From assembly GCA_951406725.2 (NCBI GenBank), contig OX597826.1:12214001-12278000 (forward strand): a stretch of DNA of 64,000 nt. Direction: 5' to 3'. Under the pieces are notes generated by a model, which made no database searches, was not told where the DNA came from, and saw nothing but the letters and a program-made list of their open reading frames with translations. Positions 24,933 through 40,127 of this stretch are shown here, piece by piece. Position numbers and translations under genes: made by a program. Numbering within the stretch: the stretch's first letter is position 1; each line of letters begins with the position of its first letter. The stretch is from Octopus vulgaris. Lineage: Eukaryota.

Positions 24933-26248
24933 AATATCTATTTTAGTAAGGAATTATTGAATGCAATCAATGTCAGTGAACAGGTCGCGGTCTTATAGCG
25001 ACGAAAATATTTTGACAAATTAAACTTAAATGTTGAAGTGAATCGAACGGCTTTTGTGTGTTTCTTAAATGGCTTACAAACACCTTCCACGCTGCAATTT
25101 TTTTCGTTCCAGCACACGATCTCAGATCAAGTCACTTGCTATGCAAGTACATCTCCGTAGTTATTGAATGGTTGGATGGGAAATGAAGTCATTAGGAATT
25201 TTTCCACGGTGAAGTAATTCTCCTGGCTGCACGGGAACACTAGTAGAGAATAAAATTTGTATAACTCCTGCAATCGGTTCGGAGTGAACTACTTGCTAAT
25301 CTTCAATTATAAGTCTTATTTTATCGGGAGACTTAGTATATACGTTCTCGTAGTTATAGCGGTGGTAGTTGGTGGAAACCTTTCCATTTGTGTTGCTGCC
25401 GCGTGTGTTGTGCTGGAGTTGATGCTAGCTTTTATGGTTGTTGTTTTGCTATACTTCATTCCTATGCCGCAAAGTATTGATGGTTATTAAAGATGGAACA
25501 TACTCTGTATTTCACATATTGTAAGTTAGCAACTTTTAACTCAGTAATTCAAACGATTTTAGCCGCTATTTCTCGCAGATTGAATTACTGCGGAGATGTT
25601 AACTTGGATACTCTATTAATATTGGTTGTTTGAGTAGTGAATACTCATAGAAAATAGAACCAGATATCATTGAACATAAATAATTCAGCTTCTTGTGTGT
25701 GCATGTTTGTGTGTGTGTGTGTTTGTGCGCACGTATGTGTGTGTGTGTGTGTGTATTGTAAAGAAACGACAATTCTCCAGAGAAATACGTCTCGCAAATT
25801 TGTCACAGAAATGAATTGATATCTTTGAAACACACTCGCCTAAAATAATCAATTAAAGGTCATGTCTACCTGAAGATAAGACACATTCTTTCGTCTGATA
25901 CTCTCTCCCACTTTCTTTCTTTCTTTCTTTCATTTTCTCCCCCCCCTCTCTCTCTCTCTCTCAATCACTCTCACTCAGTCACTCACTCAATCACTTAATT
26001 CTTCCCCCCTCTCTCTCTACGAAACATAACTTTTGTGGTGAAGATGATGAATGGTGATTAAAGATAATTAAAAATTGAATAGAAACGACAAAGTATAATA
26101 AAATAATGAATAGTAATAATGAAAACAAAAATAAACCAATTGATTTAAGATACAAAGCTTTTACTGGGTAAAAGTGAAATATAATGAATATTAGGGGTAT
26201 ACCCATCCGGTGGAGATGGGTATACTCCTGATATTCATTATTATTATT

Positions 26249-26802
26249 GAGTGAGAGAGCAGTTCATGCCATCAAAGTGACACTGGGGTAAAATATATGA
26301 AGCCCAATATACCCATCATGACTACCCGTCTAATAAGGGTACACCAGGCACATGCATCACAACCATATGTGCGCGACATGGTGATCTCATGTCAAGATAA
26401 ACAGCACATGACCTTGCAGATGGGGCGCAGTTAGAATTTTCTTCAGGTTGAGTAGCCCATCTCGTTCAAAAGGTCCCTCAATAAGGGTTGTTTAAGGATA
26501 TTGAAAGAACCACCCATGGTTCCAGAGGTCAATTATTCAAACCCCAAAGAATCCCTCTCAACACATGGCTATGATGCTCCCCCACTACCTCTGCTCGTGA
26601 TCAGAGATGCACATATCGTCAGCCACTAAGGGATATGCTCAACTGGTTAAGGTCAAACAACTGACAAGCAAATCTGTGGTACTGAGCAGAATATTTGCTG
26701 TAGCCCATCTTTTATACCAAGACAAAACAATGTACATGATAACACTTCCAATCAGTTAAGATCAGAAGCCATGAGAGCCACTGCCTGGTACTGCATCAGG
26801 GC

Positions 26803-26803
<1 letters not shown>
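26249..26803. mobile_element. Non-coding insertion within an (ATT)n tract, possibly the UTR of a (TAA)n-targeting R4/Dong-type LINE
   Basis: A 555-bp higher-GC block with (ATT)n on both sides and no ORF. The family assignment is inference. Confidence 0.4.
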
Positions 26804-26862
<59 letters not shown>

Positions 26863-26957
26863 CATCATCATCATTATTATTACTATTACTATTATTATTA
26901 GTAGTAGCAGTAGTAGTAGCAGTAGTAATAGTAGCAGCAGCAGCAGCAGTAGTAGTT

Positions 26958-26994
<37 letters not shown>

Positions 26995-27010
26995 CAGTAG
27001 TAGTAGTAAT
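26804..27010. repeat. (ATT)n/(ATC)n then (AGT)n/(AGC)n trinucleotide array
   Basis: Directly visible. Confidence 0.95.
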
Positions 27011-27097
27011 AGAACCAAATATGTCTTATATATTATCCACAAATATTTATCTCTGTACGAGAATGTCGTCAGTGCGTGTTGCATCTACTCTACTTAC

Positions 27098-27160
27098 CTC
27101 CTCGGTTTGTCCTTGCATTTTTAAAAGCGTGATAGACGCATTCTTGCGCACTTCCTCTGT
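27098..27160 (-). other. Candidate exon (63 nt)
   Basis: ttgtgctctgtag|ACAGAGG...ATGCAAGGACAAACCGAGGAG|gtaagt, open as TEEVRKNASITLLKMQGQTEE, in unique sequence. No homology recognised. Confidence 0.3.
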
Positions 27161-27888
27161 CTACAGAGCACAACGGACGTCACACAACAGCTAATGTTTC
27201 CTTACACCTCCTGTTTTGGTGATATATAAACATTACTCTATTTCCGGAAAAACATCGACCTCCTTCCTATATTTTCCAAGAAAAATTTGTCGGGTAAAGA
27301 TGCACTACCCTTTGTAAAACACCTCTTCCACAAATTTTTCTCTTCGCTTGAATCACACTGTTTTTACATTCTTTTGGGGTTGCAACGCTACGAAAGGGTG
27401 AATTGTTGTTACTGAATTTATCATTTTGATATGACTTCTTGTTTTCACTTATCGTTTTGCAGCTGTCTGTGTTTACAACTGAGTTCATTTGGGTGATTGC
27501 AATTTGTTACTGCTTTTCTAGTTTCTGTTGATTATCTGTTTTCAACAATCGGACTTGGGTACAGACAGCGCCTGGCGCTATATTTTAAGCTTCATTTAAA
27601 CAACATTGTGGTGGCATATTGACACAAAAACAAACAAAGTGAAACAGATATTCTCAAAAATATCTGTATGCAATAAAATAGCGAAAATAAAAGTTACTTT
27701 CCATCTAAGAGTAGAACTTTCCGAAGACCTTCATGAGATAAACAGGTAAAGGCACATGACTTTGTAAATTAATAATCTCATTGTGTTTATATCAATGGTT
27801 GATCTATGTACGTTTCTTTGCCCTAAGTATCTGGAAGACACTCGACAAGAAACGGAAACAAGATTGAAAGAAGAGGCTAATGAAAATG

Positions 27889-27954
<66 letters not shown>

Positions 27955-28342
27955 GTTTCCAATTTATCTACAACGGAATGCTTCAGTCGATAACTCGATG
28001 TCAATACCAGACTGCTATTTAATTCTCTCGTTCTTGTTGATATGCAAAGCAATGCACACTCTGGTGAGATTTACGACATTTATCGCCATGATCTATATAT
28101 CCAGCAAGTGATTCTAAGCGTGTATAATTTTATAATGAAACTATCCCATTTTATTTTTGAGTCAGAAATCCTGCGACAAGTAATAACTGATTGGAACATA
28201 TTACCCAATGATGTCATTGCACAAAGATAACATAAAATATCTAAATAACTAATGGATGACTTATATAACATCGGACAATTTCAGTGAACACTATGCTTAA
28301 TGGCATTTTACGACTCTGTCACTATCTATATTTACCTCTGTG

Positions 28343-28726
28343 CAGGAGGCGCAATGGCCCAGTGGTTAGGGCAGCGGACTCGCGGTCGTAGGATCGCGGT
28401 TTTGATTCTCAGACCGGGCGTTGTAAGTGTTTATTGAGCGAAAACACCTAAAGCTCCACGAGGCTCCGGCAGGGGATGGTGGTGATCCCTGCTGTACTCT
28501 TTCACCACAACTTTCTCTCACTCTTTCTTCCTGTTTCTGTTGTACCTGTATTTCAAAGGGCCGGCCTTGTCACTCTCTGTGTCACGCTGAATATCCCCGA
28601 GAACTACGTTAAGGGTACACGTGTCTGTGGAGTGCTCAGCGACTTACACGTTAATTTCACGAGCAGGCTGTTCCGTTGATAGGATTAACCCGAACCCGCG
28701 TCGTCGTAACCGACGGAGTGCTTCCA
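28343..28726 (+). mobile_element. SINE family C head with tail type 2, full length
   Basis: A-box TGGCCCAGTGG and degenerate B-box GGTTTTGATTCTC; 11-bp TSD TTACCTCTGTG at 28332-28342 and 28727-28737. Confidence 0.92.
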
Positions 28727-29314
28727 TTACCTCTGTGTCTGGTTCTTGACACACCGACATAAATTGTTCCTATGCAAATACATTAGTCAGAAGTGGTCCT
28801 TTCGGATAAAAAAAACCCCAGTAGCATTGAAAATTATTTAGGGCTTTTACCCTACTCAGATGATACTCTAACTGAAATGTGTAAATACACGAGAGTAAGT
28901 AGTAAATACAAAACCTACCGGCGTGATGTTGTATGTTATCAATTAAATTGCTAAAAAGTATGTAGAATAAATTGGGGTTCCCAATATATTTTGTTCTGAT
29001 ATATTGGAACGTAGTTACTATTCACCAACAAGCAGGAATTACATCGATCGATCGTTATAAGAAAACACAATAAAAATGGCTAATTTCTTTCCTGAAGCTA
29101 CTGGTTCATTCAAGAAGAATATTGGACAATTTTTTGACTGTCATTAAGTGTAAAGTTAACAAATTTAGGAACCTATAATAGATTATCCGTCTGCGGGAAT
29201 TGCCGACAGAAGACGCAACAATGTAAAATACGGACAGTGACCCGTTAACTCGACCTGTAAGCAGTAGGTCAGAAGGTTCTTTATCTTCATAAGTTATTAG
29301 GATATTTTACCGTT

Positions 29315-29745
29315 TATCTTTTACTGGCTTCACTATTTGGATATTTTGGCCATGCTGGGGCATTGAATTGAAGAACTTTTAGTCGAATAGATAAACTTCA
29401 ATACTTATTTTAATTTCTTTCAGTTTGTTACTTATTCAACCATTCTCCTTTGCCGAACTTTTAGGTTACGTGGACGTAATCACACCAACACCGGTTGTCA
29501 AGCACAGTGAGGGGCAAACACAGACACACAGACACACTCAAACGCGCGCGTGCGCGCACACGGATACAAGCACACCCGAATACACACACAAACACACGCA
29601 CACATACACACATACACAGACACACGCAAATTACCAGTACTTTGAAAATAAGTTCTGCAGTCAATTTATTCGAATAAAAACATTCTTCAAGGCGGTGCCC
29701 CTGCATGGCCGCAGCGTAATGACCAAAACAAGTAAAAGATAAACG
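29315..29745. mobile_element. SINE family A fragments (minus 3' half ~29315-29530; plus tail ~29680-29745)
   Basis: Similarity to the family A body and tail. Confidence 0.6.
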
Positions 29746-30028
29746 ATAAAAGATATTTCCTATCCACATATGTTTGCCTTTTGGCTTCATTCTCAAACAC
29801 TGTTTGTCCAAATGCGTTACTCAATCACTAACCTTGGTGAAGTGAAATTTCGTTAGAACTCTTCTGATAATCATTGTCAATCAACACAAAATTTAGTAAC
29901 AAGACAAAGAATAAAAAGAAAGGAAAAAGAACCCAGTACATTGGTACCTATACTTGTGGGCTGTGTGAGAGTTTATTTCTATTCTTTCGTTCGTAAATAG
30001 ATTCAGTACGCCTGTGGCAGGTAAAAAA

Positions 30029-30432
30029 AGGCGGTGAGCTGGCAGAAACGTTAGCACGCCGGGCGAAATGCTTTGCGGTATTTTGTCTGCTGTTACGTTC
30101 TGAATTCAAATTCCACCGAGGTCGGCTTTGCCTTTCATCCTTTCGGGGTCGATAAATTAAGTACCAGTTACGCACTGGGGTCGATGTAACCGACTTAATC
30201 CGTTTGTCTGTCCTTTTTTTCTCCCTTCTGTGTTTAGCCCCTTGTGGGTAGTAAAGAAATAGGTATTTCGTCTGCCGTTACGTTCTGAGTTCAAATTCCG
30301 CCGAGGTCGACTTTGCCGTTCATCCTTTCGGGGTCGATAAATTAAGTACCAGTTTCGCACTGGGGTCGATGTAATCGACTCAATATCTGTCCCCTCTGTG
30401 TTTAGCCCTTTGTAGGTAGTAAAGAAATAGGT
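30029..30432 (+). mobile_element. SINE family B, dimeric
   Basis: One head, then two body units starting GGTATTT at 30077 and 30262. Confidence 0.92.
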
Positions 30433-31600
30433 AAAACGTAACTGAACTGTCATACGTATCTGAAACAATGTTTGGACATTTGTAAAGGTATCTTATGTAG
30501 GCTGCTTTAAATGTTACTAAGTAGAGCTGAGTAGCAAGAGAAATTGTAATTGAATGTTTTATGCAAATTTTTCATAAAATAGTTATTCCTATCTAATATA
30601 AACTGTTTAGAATTTATAAAAGATTGTGCACACAGATAAAAATCTCCAAGTATCACAGTAGTAGAATGTTTCCACTTGCTAGTGCTACTAGATAAACAAA
30701 CCGCAGAAAACAAGTCACTGCCTCTGATGTTTACTATAGTAAAATTATATATATTGATATCAAAATGCATAGATACATGTATGGATGTGGCGACGTGTGT
30801 AAATACGTACGTCTAAGTATATAGTTATGTATGTATGTGTGTATGTATATATGTATGTATGTATGCATGTATGCATGTATGTTTGTATGTATGTATGTAT
30901 CTATGTTTGTATGTATGCATCTATCTATCTATCTATATGTATATATGCACACACACACACACGTATATATATATATATATATATGCACAAATATACATCT
31001 GAGTGTATATATATTTGTATGTATGTATGTGTATATAAGTATATAGGGTACCACACTTAGCCAATGCATACACACGCACATATACATTCACCTATCTGAC
31101 TCCCCTCTCTGTTTCTCTGTGTCTATCTTTCTCTCTCTCTCTCTCTATTTCTCTCTCTCTGTGTAAGGTGTATTCATGTGAGTGTATATATATATATATA
31201 CACACACACACACATATATATGTGTATCTATGTGTGTTGGTATATATGTATGTATGTGTGTATGTGTGTATACATATTATCGATTAAAAGTTTATACATT
31301 TAAAATGAGTTACTCTTAATAAGATCAAAATTTTCCAGACAATTTATCTCATGGTGTATGTATGCAAAATATTTATATCTACACTTAGTTTCGATCGCTT
31401 AGATCGTATTTGATGGGTATCAAATTGATCAAAATGCAGTATAGATGTAAATATTCCAAATATACACTTTAAAGATCGTGTTAATACCCGGAAAATCATA
31501 ATCTCATAATGACTACGCACACTATCACATACACATACCCCGATATTTCTATTTGTTTACATATGTATTAATGCACAGAAAGACGAACGAACAGCAACGA

Positions 31601-32106
31601 ATGTATGTATGTATGTATGTATGTATGTATGTATGTATGTATGTATGTATGTATGTATGTATGTATGTATGTATGTATGTATGTATGTATGCATGCATGT
31701 ATGTATGTATGTATTTTATGTATGTATGTATATATGTATGTATGTATGCATGCATGTATGTATGTATGTATTTTATGTATGTATGTAAGTATGTAAGTAT
31801 GTATGTGTGTATGTAAGTATGTATGTATGTATGTATGTATGTATTTTATGTATGTATGTATGCCTGCATGTATGTATGTATGCATTCATGTATGTATGTA
31901 TGTATGTATGCATGTATGTATGTATGTCTGTATGTATGTATTTTATGTATGTATGTATGTATGTCTGTAAGTATGTAAGTATGTATGTATGTATGTATTT
32001 TATGTATGTATGTATGTATGTATGTATGTATTTTATGTATGTATGTATGTATGTAAGTATGTATGTATGTATGTATGTATGTTTATGTATGTATGTATGT
32101 ATATGC
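31601..32106. repeat. (ATGT)n tetranucleotide array with recurrent tatttt and gtaa variants
   Basis: Directly visible. Confidence 0.97.
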
Positions 32107-35100
32107 ATTTTAACGTGAGATATGTTACTGGTGTATTGAAGATTCGATGTTGATCTAATTTTATCACTTAACCATTTTTTTCATATTTCCTGGTGAATTT
32201 ATTACAGTGTATTTTTATTAGAGATTTTTCTACGACTGCGTTCCTAGACATTCACACCATCTTCTGGAAATATGGATTGAGTTCTCCGTATTTTAGTTTT
32301 GTTTATTCTTTTCAACGAGTAGGTCTAATAGGAGTTTTAGTTTTCGGTGAGATTGTTCGACCCTTGGCAATTAATAAGAGATACAAACCTGTTTTTGTCT
32401 CTGCCCACCTTTTTATTTGAGATTTGGTATACCTTGGTTAGTTGGTGACCCTTAAATTTAATTAGCACTGTTACAGACATAGTAATAATATCACAATAAA
32501 TTATATAAAGATAAGAGTATGAATAAGGGTTTCAAATTTTGGCACAAAGCCAGTCATTTTAGAGAATGAAAGTTAGATGATTATATATTGTATGATTTAA
32601 GTTACATATGTATTTTAGAGGATGGTTAAAGTCAGTTGATTAATAATCATTAGCTGCGTTTATGAATCATTGTGCTAGATACAAATCAATACAATAAATT
32701 TCTCCCCAGTGCAACAGATAATGCAAATTTGCTAATATTCGTTCCTGCAATTCACTTTCACTTTATGTTGTGATCCAGGGCATTAGAATTGCTCCTTGTA
32801 TCAAATGCATTGTAACCGATGGGAAAACGCTTTCCTTCATCTGTTAATGTGACAGTAGTAATCACGAAGTTTGTAATTTGTTGTATTGGTGTAATTTTGT
32901 ATGGTAATTATTCAGATGAAATTCATTTTCGCCATCAATCAATAAATAAAGAACTTTTAAAAGTTTCAAATTTTAATAATTTTAGCCAATCGAAAACCAC
33001 AGACATATAGATGCCTCTTTCCACAGAAACAATCCAAATATTGTAAATGTCTTGTATTACGAAAAGACAAGTGTGTTTACAAACTGATATTTTACGCTAA
33101 ACCACGTGCTTCAAACTGGACAACAGTTTGCTTTTTTTGTAAATAATATGATAAGTTTAATATTTCGATAAACATTTCATTTCATTTTTGGATTTAAATG
33201 CATATTGAATGCTTAATACTACAAAATATGTGTTGTTTACTCGTTTTTTCTCTTTTATCGTTTTGAAATGTGTAAAATACGTGAGGCATGAGTTGCTCGC
33301 GAGATGTGCTAAGACTAACAGCTAAATAGGCCTTAAATCGGGCAACAATTATTTTTTCTGTTAATAGTATACAAATTCGCAAAACGTTTCTGTAAATTCC
33401 CAAAACTAAAAAAATGTTATCAGGGATGATATAGCGTGCATTAAGTAGAATTCCACCAATATTTCATTTGTTTACAGTTGACAACATGTGCAGTCACGCA
33501 TAAAAACACAGCTTCCAAATCCTGTTTTCTGACTTGGTAAAAATTATCAAACTTTAAACCTCTGTTGAAACGTCTATTTTTCTGAATTTTTTTCTGAAAC
33601 TCAGCATAGGGAATTAAACCAATATAGGAAATTTGAAACTTTTCACTTAATTTTAAAATTTCAAAAAGTACAAACTAACAGAAAAGATCCGAATAAACTG
33701 TAGGACTACTAAATGAACTAAGGGAAGAATAAGTAAGTTACAATATGTTAGTCCAAGAGGAATTGTGCTTCGATTTTGCGGAGTACCCAAAAGATAAACT
33801 ACTAGTAAAAACCTCATGGATGGTCTAAAGGCTACTAAAATGCAACTTCCTAGAGAAATTATATTTATTTAACACTCCGACACCAAAAATTCAAGGCGCA
33901 CATACGAGTGTAATTGTTTCAAGATGTCACAGGGCGCCAGTACAGTAAGGTGCAACCTAGCTGGGGGATTCTCGCTCATGCATGCATTTTAAATAAGATT
34001 CATGTTTCAATAGATATTTTCCCATATTTATGCTTGAATTCTAAACGTTTAATTTGAACAAAATTGCAAACTTGTTGAAATATATACTGCAAAATGTCTC
34101 TAACCCTCACCTCGATTTTATAAAAATTTGATTTGACCTTCCCTACATATGTTTAATCTCTATGCCAACCTTTTTTCCTTTATATGTACAAATAAGCTCA
34201 CTGCGGCAGATAAAGCAAACAATCAGTGGATCAGCGGAATCAATTAATCTTTAGGGAAAATGACTTACAATATTAATTTCGGCCTTTACGTTTTAAGTTC
34301 AAACTATGCAGAATCCTCCGACCCGGAAACACTTATTCCATTTAAATCGCAATTAAATCGATTATCACCGTTCTTTCAAATTTCTGGACTCCTGTCTTTA
34401 TCATTTTATTTTCGCGGACTCTCATAGCCTTCTGTCCCCGTCCAATTTCCCTAATATCAATTATGATTTGGTAGCTTGTATCATAGTGAATATTTTATTA
34501 CCTGATTACACAACTATAGATGCCATCCCTATGGAAATGTTGCAGTTATTTTCTTAATAGAGCTTTGTGACCCTGAGACAATGTAAGAAGTGCCGTTGGC
34601 TTAGTTCAGCTCCTCCGCTACCTTTTCACAATCCGCCATACTGTAGTCCCAAGATTTGGTTGTATCCTTTGTATTGTAGGGTGCCCTTTGTTATAAACAA
34701 TTATTACTGTTATTTTTCTAGTTATCATTGTATAAGTATTATTATTGTTATGATATAATAATTTTCGTTGCCGAGTCACAAAAGAGCCAGATTTTGGATT
34801 CACCTATATCATACACAAGTAATTGATGTGTATAATTTCCTTATTATTCTTAATTTACGTGCTCACACGGGGAAATATATACTTTAATGAAAGATTGCAT
34901 AGAAAATATTAATCATGCGATGTGTTAATCATTTCATATAACCAATAGGTACCTAAATGAAACGTGATCTTGGCTCTTCGTGAAAATTGACAAGTATATA
35001 AGGACAAAAGAAAACATACCTTGAAGTCATTATCCATACATATAAATTAAAACTAGCTGAAATACTGAGTAACTCTACGAAATAATAAAGAGCAGAATAA

Positions 35101-35466
35101 TACAACAGAGTTCATTATTTATATATTATAATTTTATAATTTTGTCTTGTATTAAGATATTCATTGTTGCTGATGTATGCTATAAAAATATTTCTATTCA
35201 CTACTTCTTGCACGAACTTTATTATTGTGTAACTAAAAACACCCCTACCCCTATCCACACGTACGCACTCACACACAAAACATACAAAAATACATACACA
35301 CACACGTATACAAACACGTATACACAAACACACATTATGCGTGTGTGTGAATATATATGTATATTATACACATATATAATATTTATATATATACATACGT
35401 ACATATATATATGTATATATACATACATACGTACATGCATACATGCATACACACACACACACACAC

Positions 35467-35561
<95 letters not shown>

Positions 35562-36677
35562 GGCGTATATTTGTATGATGTAATACAACCTAATATAATT
35601 ATTTCTCCTATAACATCAGGAATGCGTCTTGAAGCAAAAAAAGCTGCCAGAGTCTTCAGTATATATGCAATTGTGTTATATAATTTAATATGATATCAAC
35701 TTAACAGAATAAAAAAAAAGAAACTTTGCGATGCATATCTAATATAAAAGATTTTCTTTAATATACCTATCTCAAAATATGTATTTATTTCAGGTAAGTT
35801 AACGTCATACGCGTGCGCTCGCTGGCACACAGACACACATACACACGCACACACACACAAACGCACACAAGCACACACACACGCGCTCACACTGTTCATT
35901 TAGTAAATGATTTTACACTGTAAACTGTAACTGTGTAAGTTGTGCACAATAAATGTGAAATTCGAAAAGGGAGGACCACGAAAGAAAGAACAAGAATAGT
36001 CATAAGAGAAGTGGGGGTAAGGTTTAGAGAAGTAACTGTAGGCTCGGTGGGGACAGAATTAATTTGACTGTCTTGATTAGCAGATGTGACCGAGGAGGGA
36101 AATTGAAGAGGAAGGAGAGAAAAAACAATCAAGATTAGAAGAGCCTGAAGCGTTGGAATGGTTAAAGGAGCAATTGTAAGGCGGGGAAAAAGGCGGGGAG
36201 ATGTAGGTATGGTCGAGGAGTGAAGAGTGATTGGTGATAAGAAATGAACAAATTTAGTAGACGGAAACTGTAAGTAAGCCCGTCATATATATGTAGAAAT
36301 TTGGTGATTAGTTAAATGCGAGAATAAGTAGGGTGGTGGTGTGGTTTGCAATAGCAGAGTTGGACAAAGGTAGAAGTTTTTGATGAGACAAAAAATGAAA
36401 GCATTGACAGGTGGTAATAGTGGTGGTTCATTATAGTGTTGGCAACACAACACTATGATGTATTGTAGGGGGCATAATGTAGACTCATCTATGCTGATTT
36501 GCTAAAGGGCAAGCGTCATGATGAGGCTGCAATCTTCATAAGATATGGAGAGATAACATATTATGGATAGAGGGCTATGAGAGATAAATAATTCAATGGA
36601 TCAAGGATGTAAGATGAGTGGGTAGCAAATGTAGGCCTGGAATGGTAAAATATGTCGGGATTTTGTGAAAATTCTCT

Positions 36678-37822
<1,145 letters not shown>

Positions 37823-38049
37823 AGAGAGAGATAAACTTGGTGTCAGATATGTTAGGGAATATTTTCCATAAATGCCAAGTCTTTCGAAAAAAGAATTTCA
37901 GACATGGATGGCTATAGTTACAATGTTGAACTAGCTGAATCTGGAACTGGTTTTATTTTCTAATTTACTGAATCATTTAATTACATTACGCCTAGTATTT
38001 AATTGTGATAAATTCTGGATGTATCTAATTTGCGAGTTCGTATAGTCTA

Positions 38050-38525
38050 CTATATCTTTTATCTTTTAGTTGCTTGACACTGGGATACTACCATGCTAGG
38101 GCCTTGCCTCCAAGGGTCTAGTCGAACAAGGTAGAAAACTACTGATTTCCAGTAGATTATGGTCTGTTTTTACAAACCGTTAAAGTACGGGTACGTAAAC
38201 AAACCAACACCGGTTTTCAAGTGGTATATATGAACTCAGACAAACACCCATGTACACACACACACATACATACATACATAAATAAACACTTTCACACACT
38301 TACACACACGCACGCGCGCACTCCCACCTCCACACAAACATACACGCACACATATACTCATCGAACTTTTAAGAAGATTCCATCTACCAAATTCACTCAC
38401 AAGGCATCGCTCAATCCGAGGCTAAATCAGAAGACACTTGCTTAACACACCACGCTGTGAGACTGAACCCGAAACCACGTGGTTGCAAAATGAGTTTCGT
38501 AAATACACTGGATTACCTGCCCCTG
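38050..38525 (-). mobile_element. SINE family A, highly diverged
   Basis: ccatctaccaaattcactcacaaggc...gaagacacttg...gactgaacccgaaaccacgtggttg. Confidence 0.7.
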
Positions 38526-40127
38526 GCGTCTTTTCACTGCCATGTTTGCTAACTGCTCGTACAATCTGTTTGTATTCGGTATTTGTTGGCGTTTATTAGT
38601 CTGGTTACATGTTTTAAGAGACTATTGCCTTTACGTAATGTATACAACGTTCTAAATGAGGCATTCTACATAGAATTCTGTATTTAATAGAGAAGCTAAT
38701 GATTTCGCTTTGTTGACTTCAAGCCTTATTTGGTTTTTGCATTATCTGTACATATGAAAAATAGCTTGATCTCAGAGGTGGGTTCATCTCTCTCCCTCTC
38801 TCTCACTCTCGCTCACTCTCTCTCTCTCTCTCTTTCCCTGTATGTATGTATAGAGCAGGGAATTCCTACCGATGCTACTCGGATTTTCAGATTCACTGAA
38901 TTTGACCAGTTTCGTAACAACACATTTTTTATGGATTAGGTTGTGCTTAAAATTATTACTCGAGTATCCGTACTTTAGTTTAACTCACTACACCAACAAC
39001 AGATGAATTGAAGAAAAGATATGTATCCGCCATATGCCCTCATAGGAAAGCCATAATCGTATGGAAGAATTCCGAACCTAATACGATAAAATGCGGTTGT
39101 ACAATAATCAATATTTTCAAATACACTAGTCTCTTTTTTGACTTTAGCATTCATTACATAAACCGGTAGTTTTGTGTTCCTTATAAACCGTGAACACACA
39201 GAATTATTCTGCTAATAACCTCTCTACTATAAACCAGTATAAACATCTGTCCCACAGAATATGACCTAATGTGGCAATTGAATATAACACATGCGCCATA
39301 ATGTTGGGATTTCCAGTAGAGCACAAACTGCCATCTTTTCTTTCTCTTGCTTGAAGATTTGCATTGATCGATAATCTCTATTTCTAGACATAAATATTGA
39401 AATGTATATCACGTCCGTTTGTTAGAAACAACTGAATACCTTTACGCGTGGATGTCCATAAAATATATAAAATGTCGAGGATGAATCTCTATTTAGAATA
39501 GCATTCTTTTTCTCCTCTACAAACAAAACACTATACGAAGAAATCCATAATATAACACAAACATTGCTGAGCGGCATTATACAAAGCGAGTAGAAGAAAC
39601 ACTATCGAGACAAATTCAGTGCAGTAAATACACCAGAATTCACATCAATTAAAAATAAACAAATCATACACAAAATATATTAGATGAAACAAATTCGTAT
39701 TAGATATTAAATAAATTAACGGATAAAATAAATTATAATCCAGATTTCAAACAGTATTGTATCCAATCGTAATAATATTATGATTGGTTGTAATATTAAT
39801 CATTAACAATATATAAAGAAAACGATAACATTTCACACCATCGTTCCAATAACAAATTACAAGCTTCACTCTTCCTTTCACTTACCAGTTCTCTGTCAGT
39901 ATTTCACTGCTCTTATTGGCAGAAAAGCGTAGGACACAAAGTAGTAGAGCATAAAAAAAAAAATCATTTCGGAAATTTCCAAACGTACGTAATGAATCAG
40001 AGTGTGCCAACTCACGATGAGTGGGTATTAGGAGTAACTAGTTCGCTATTACTTCAGGAAAAAATCCATCGTACAGTCAGGGATTTCATACAGTGGAAGT
40101 TACGCTTTGTAATTGACACTAAAATGA

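Noticed and set aside
24960-25160. Block that looks like a DNA-transposon end
   Set aside because: No second TIR, TSD or second copy in the window to support it.
28345-28420. tRNA-like sequence (also the heads of SINE A, B and D)
   Set aside because: Continues into a SINE body bounded by TSDs, with degenerate B-box and acceptor stem; not a tRNA gene.
32757-32910. Minus frame ...TLTDEGKRFPIGYNAFDTRSNSNALDHNIK* resembling a terminal exon
   Set aside because: Weak acceptor, no recognisable homology, and a length expected by chance.
35960-36660. Purine-skewed block possibly from a retroelement N-terminus
   Set aside because: No diagnostic motif could be read in any frame.
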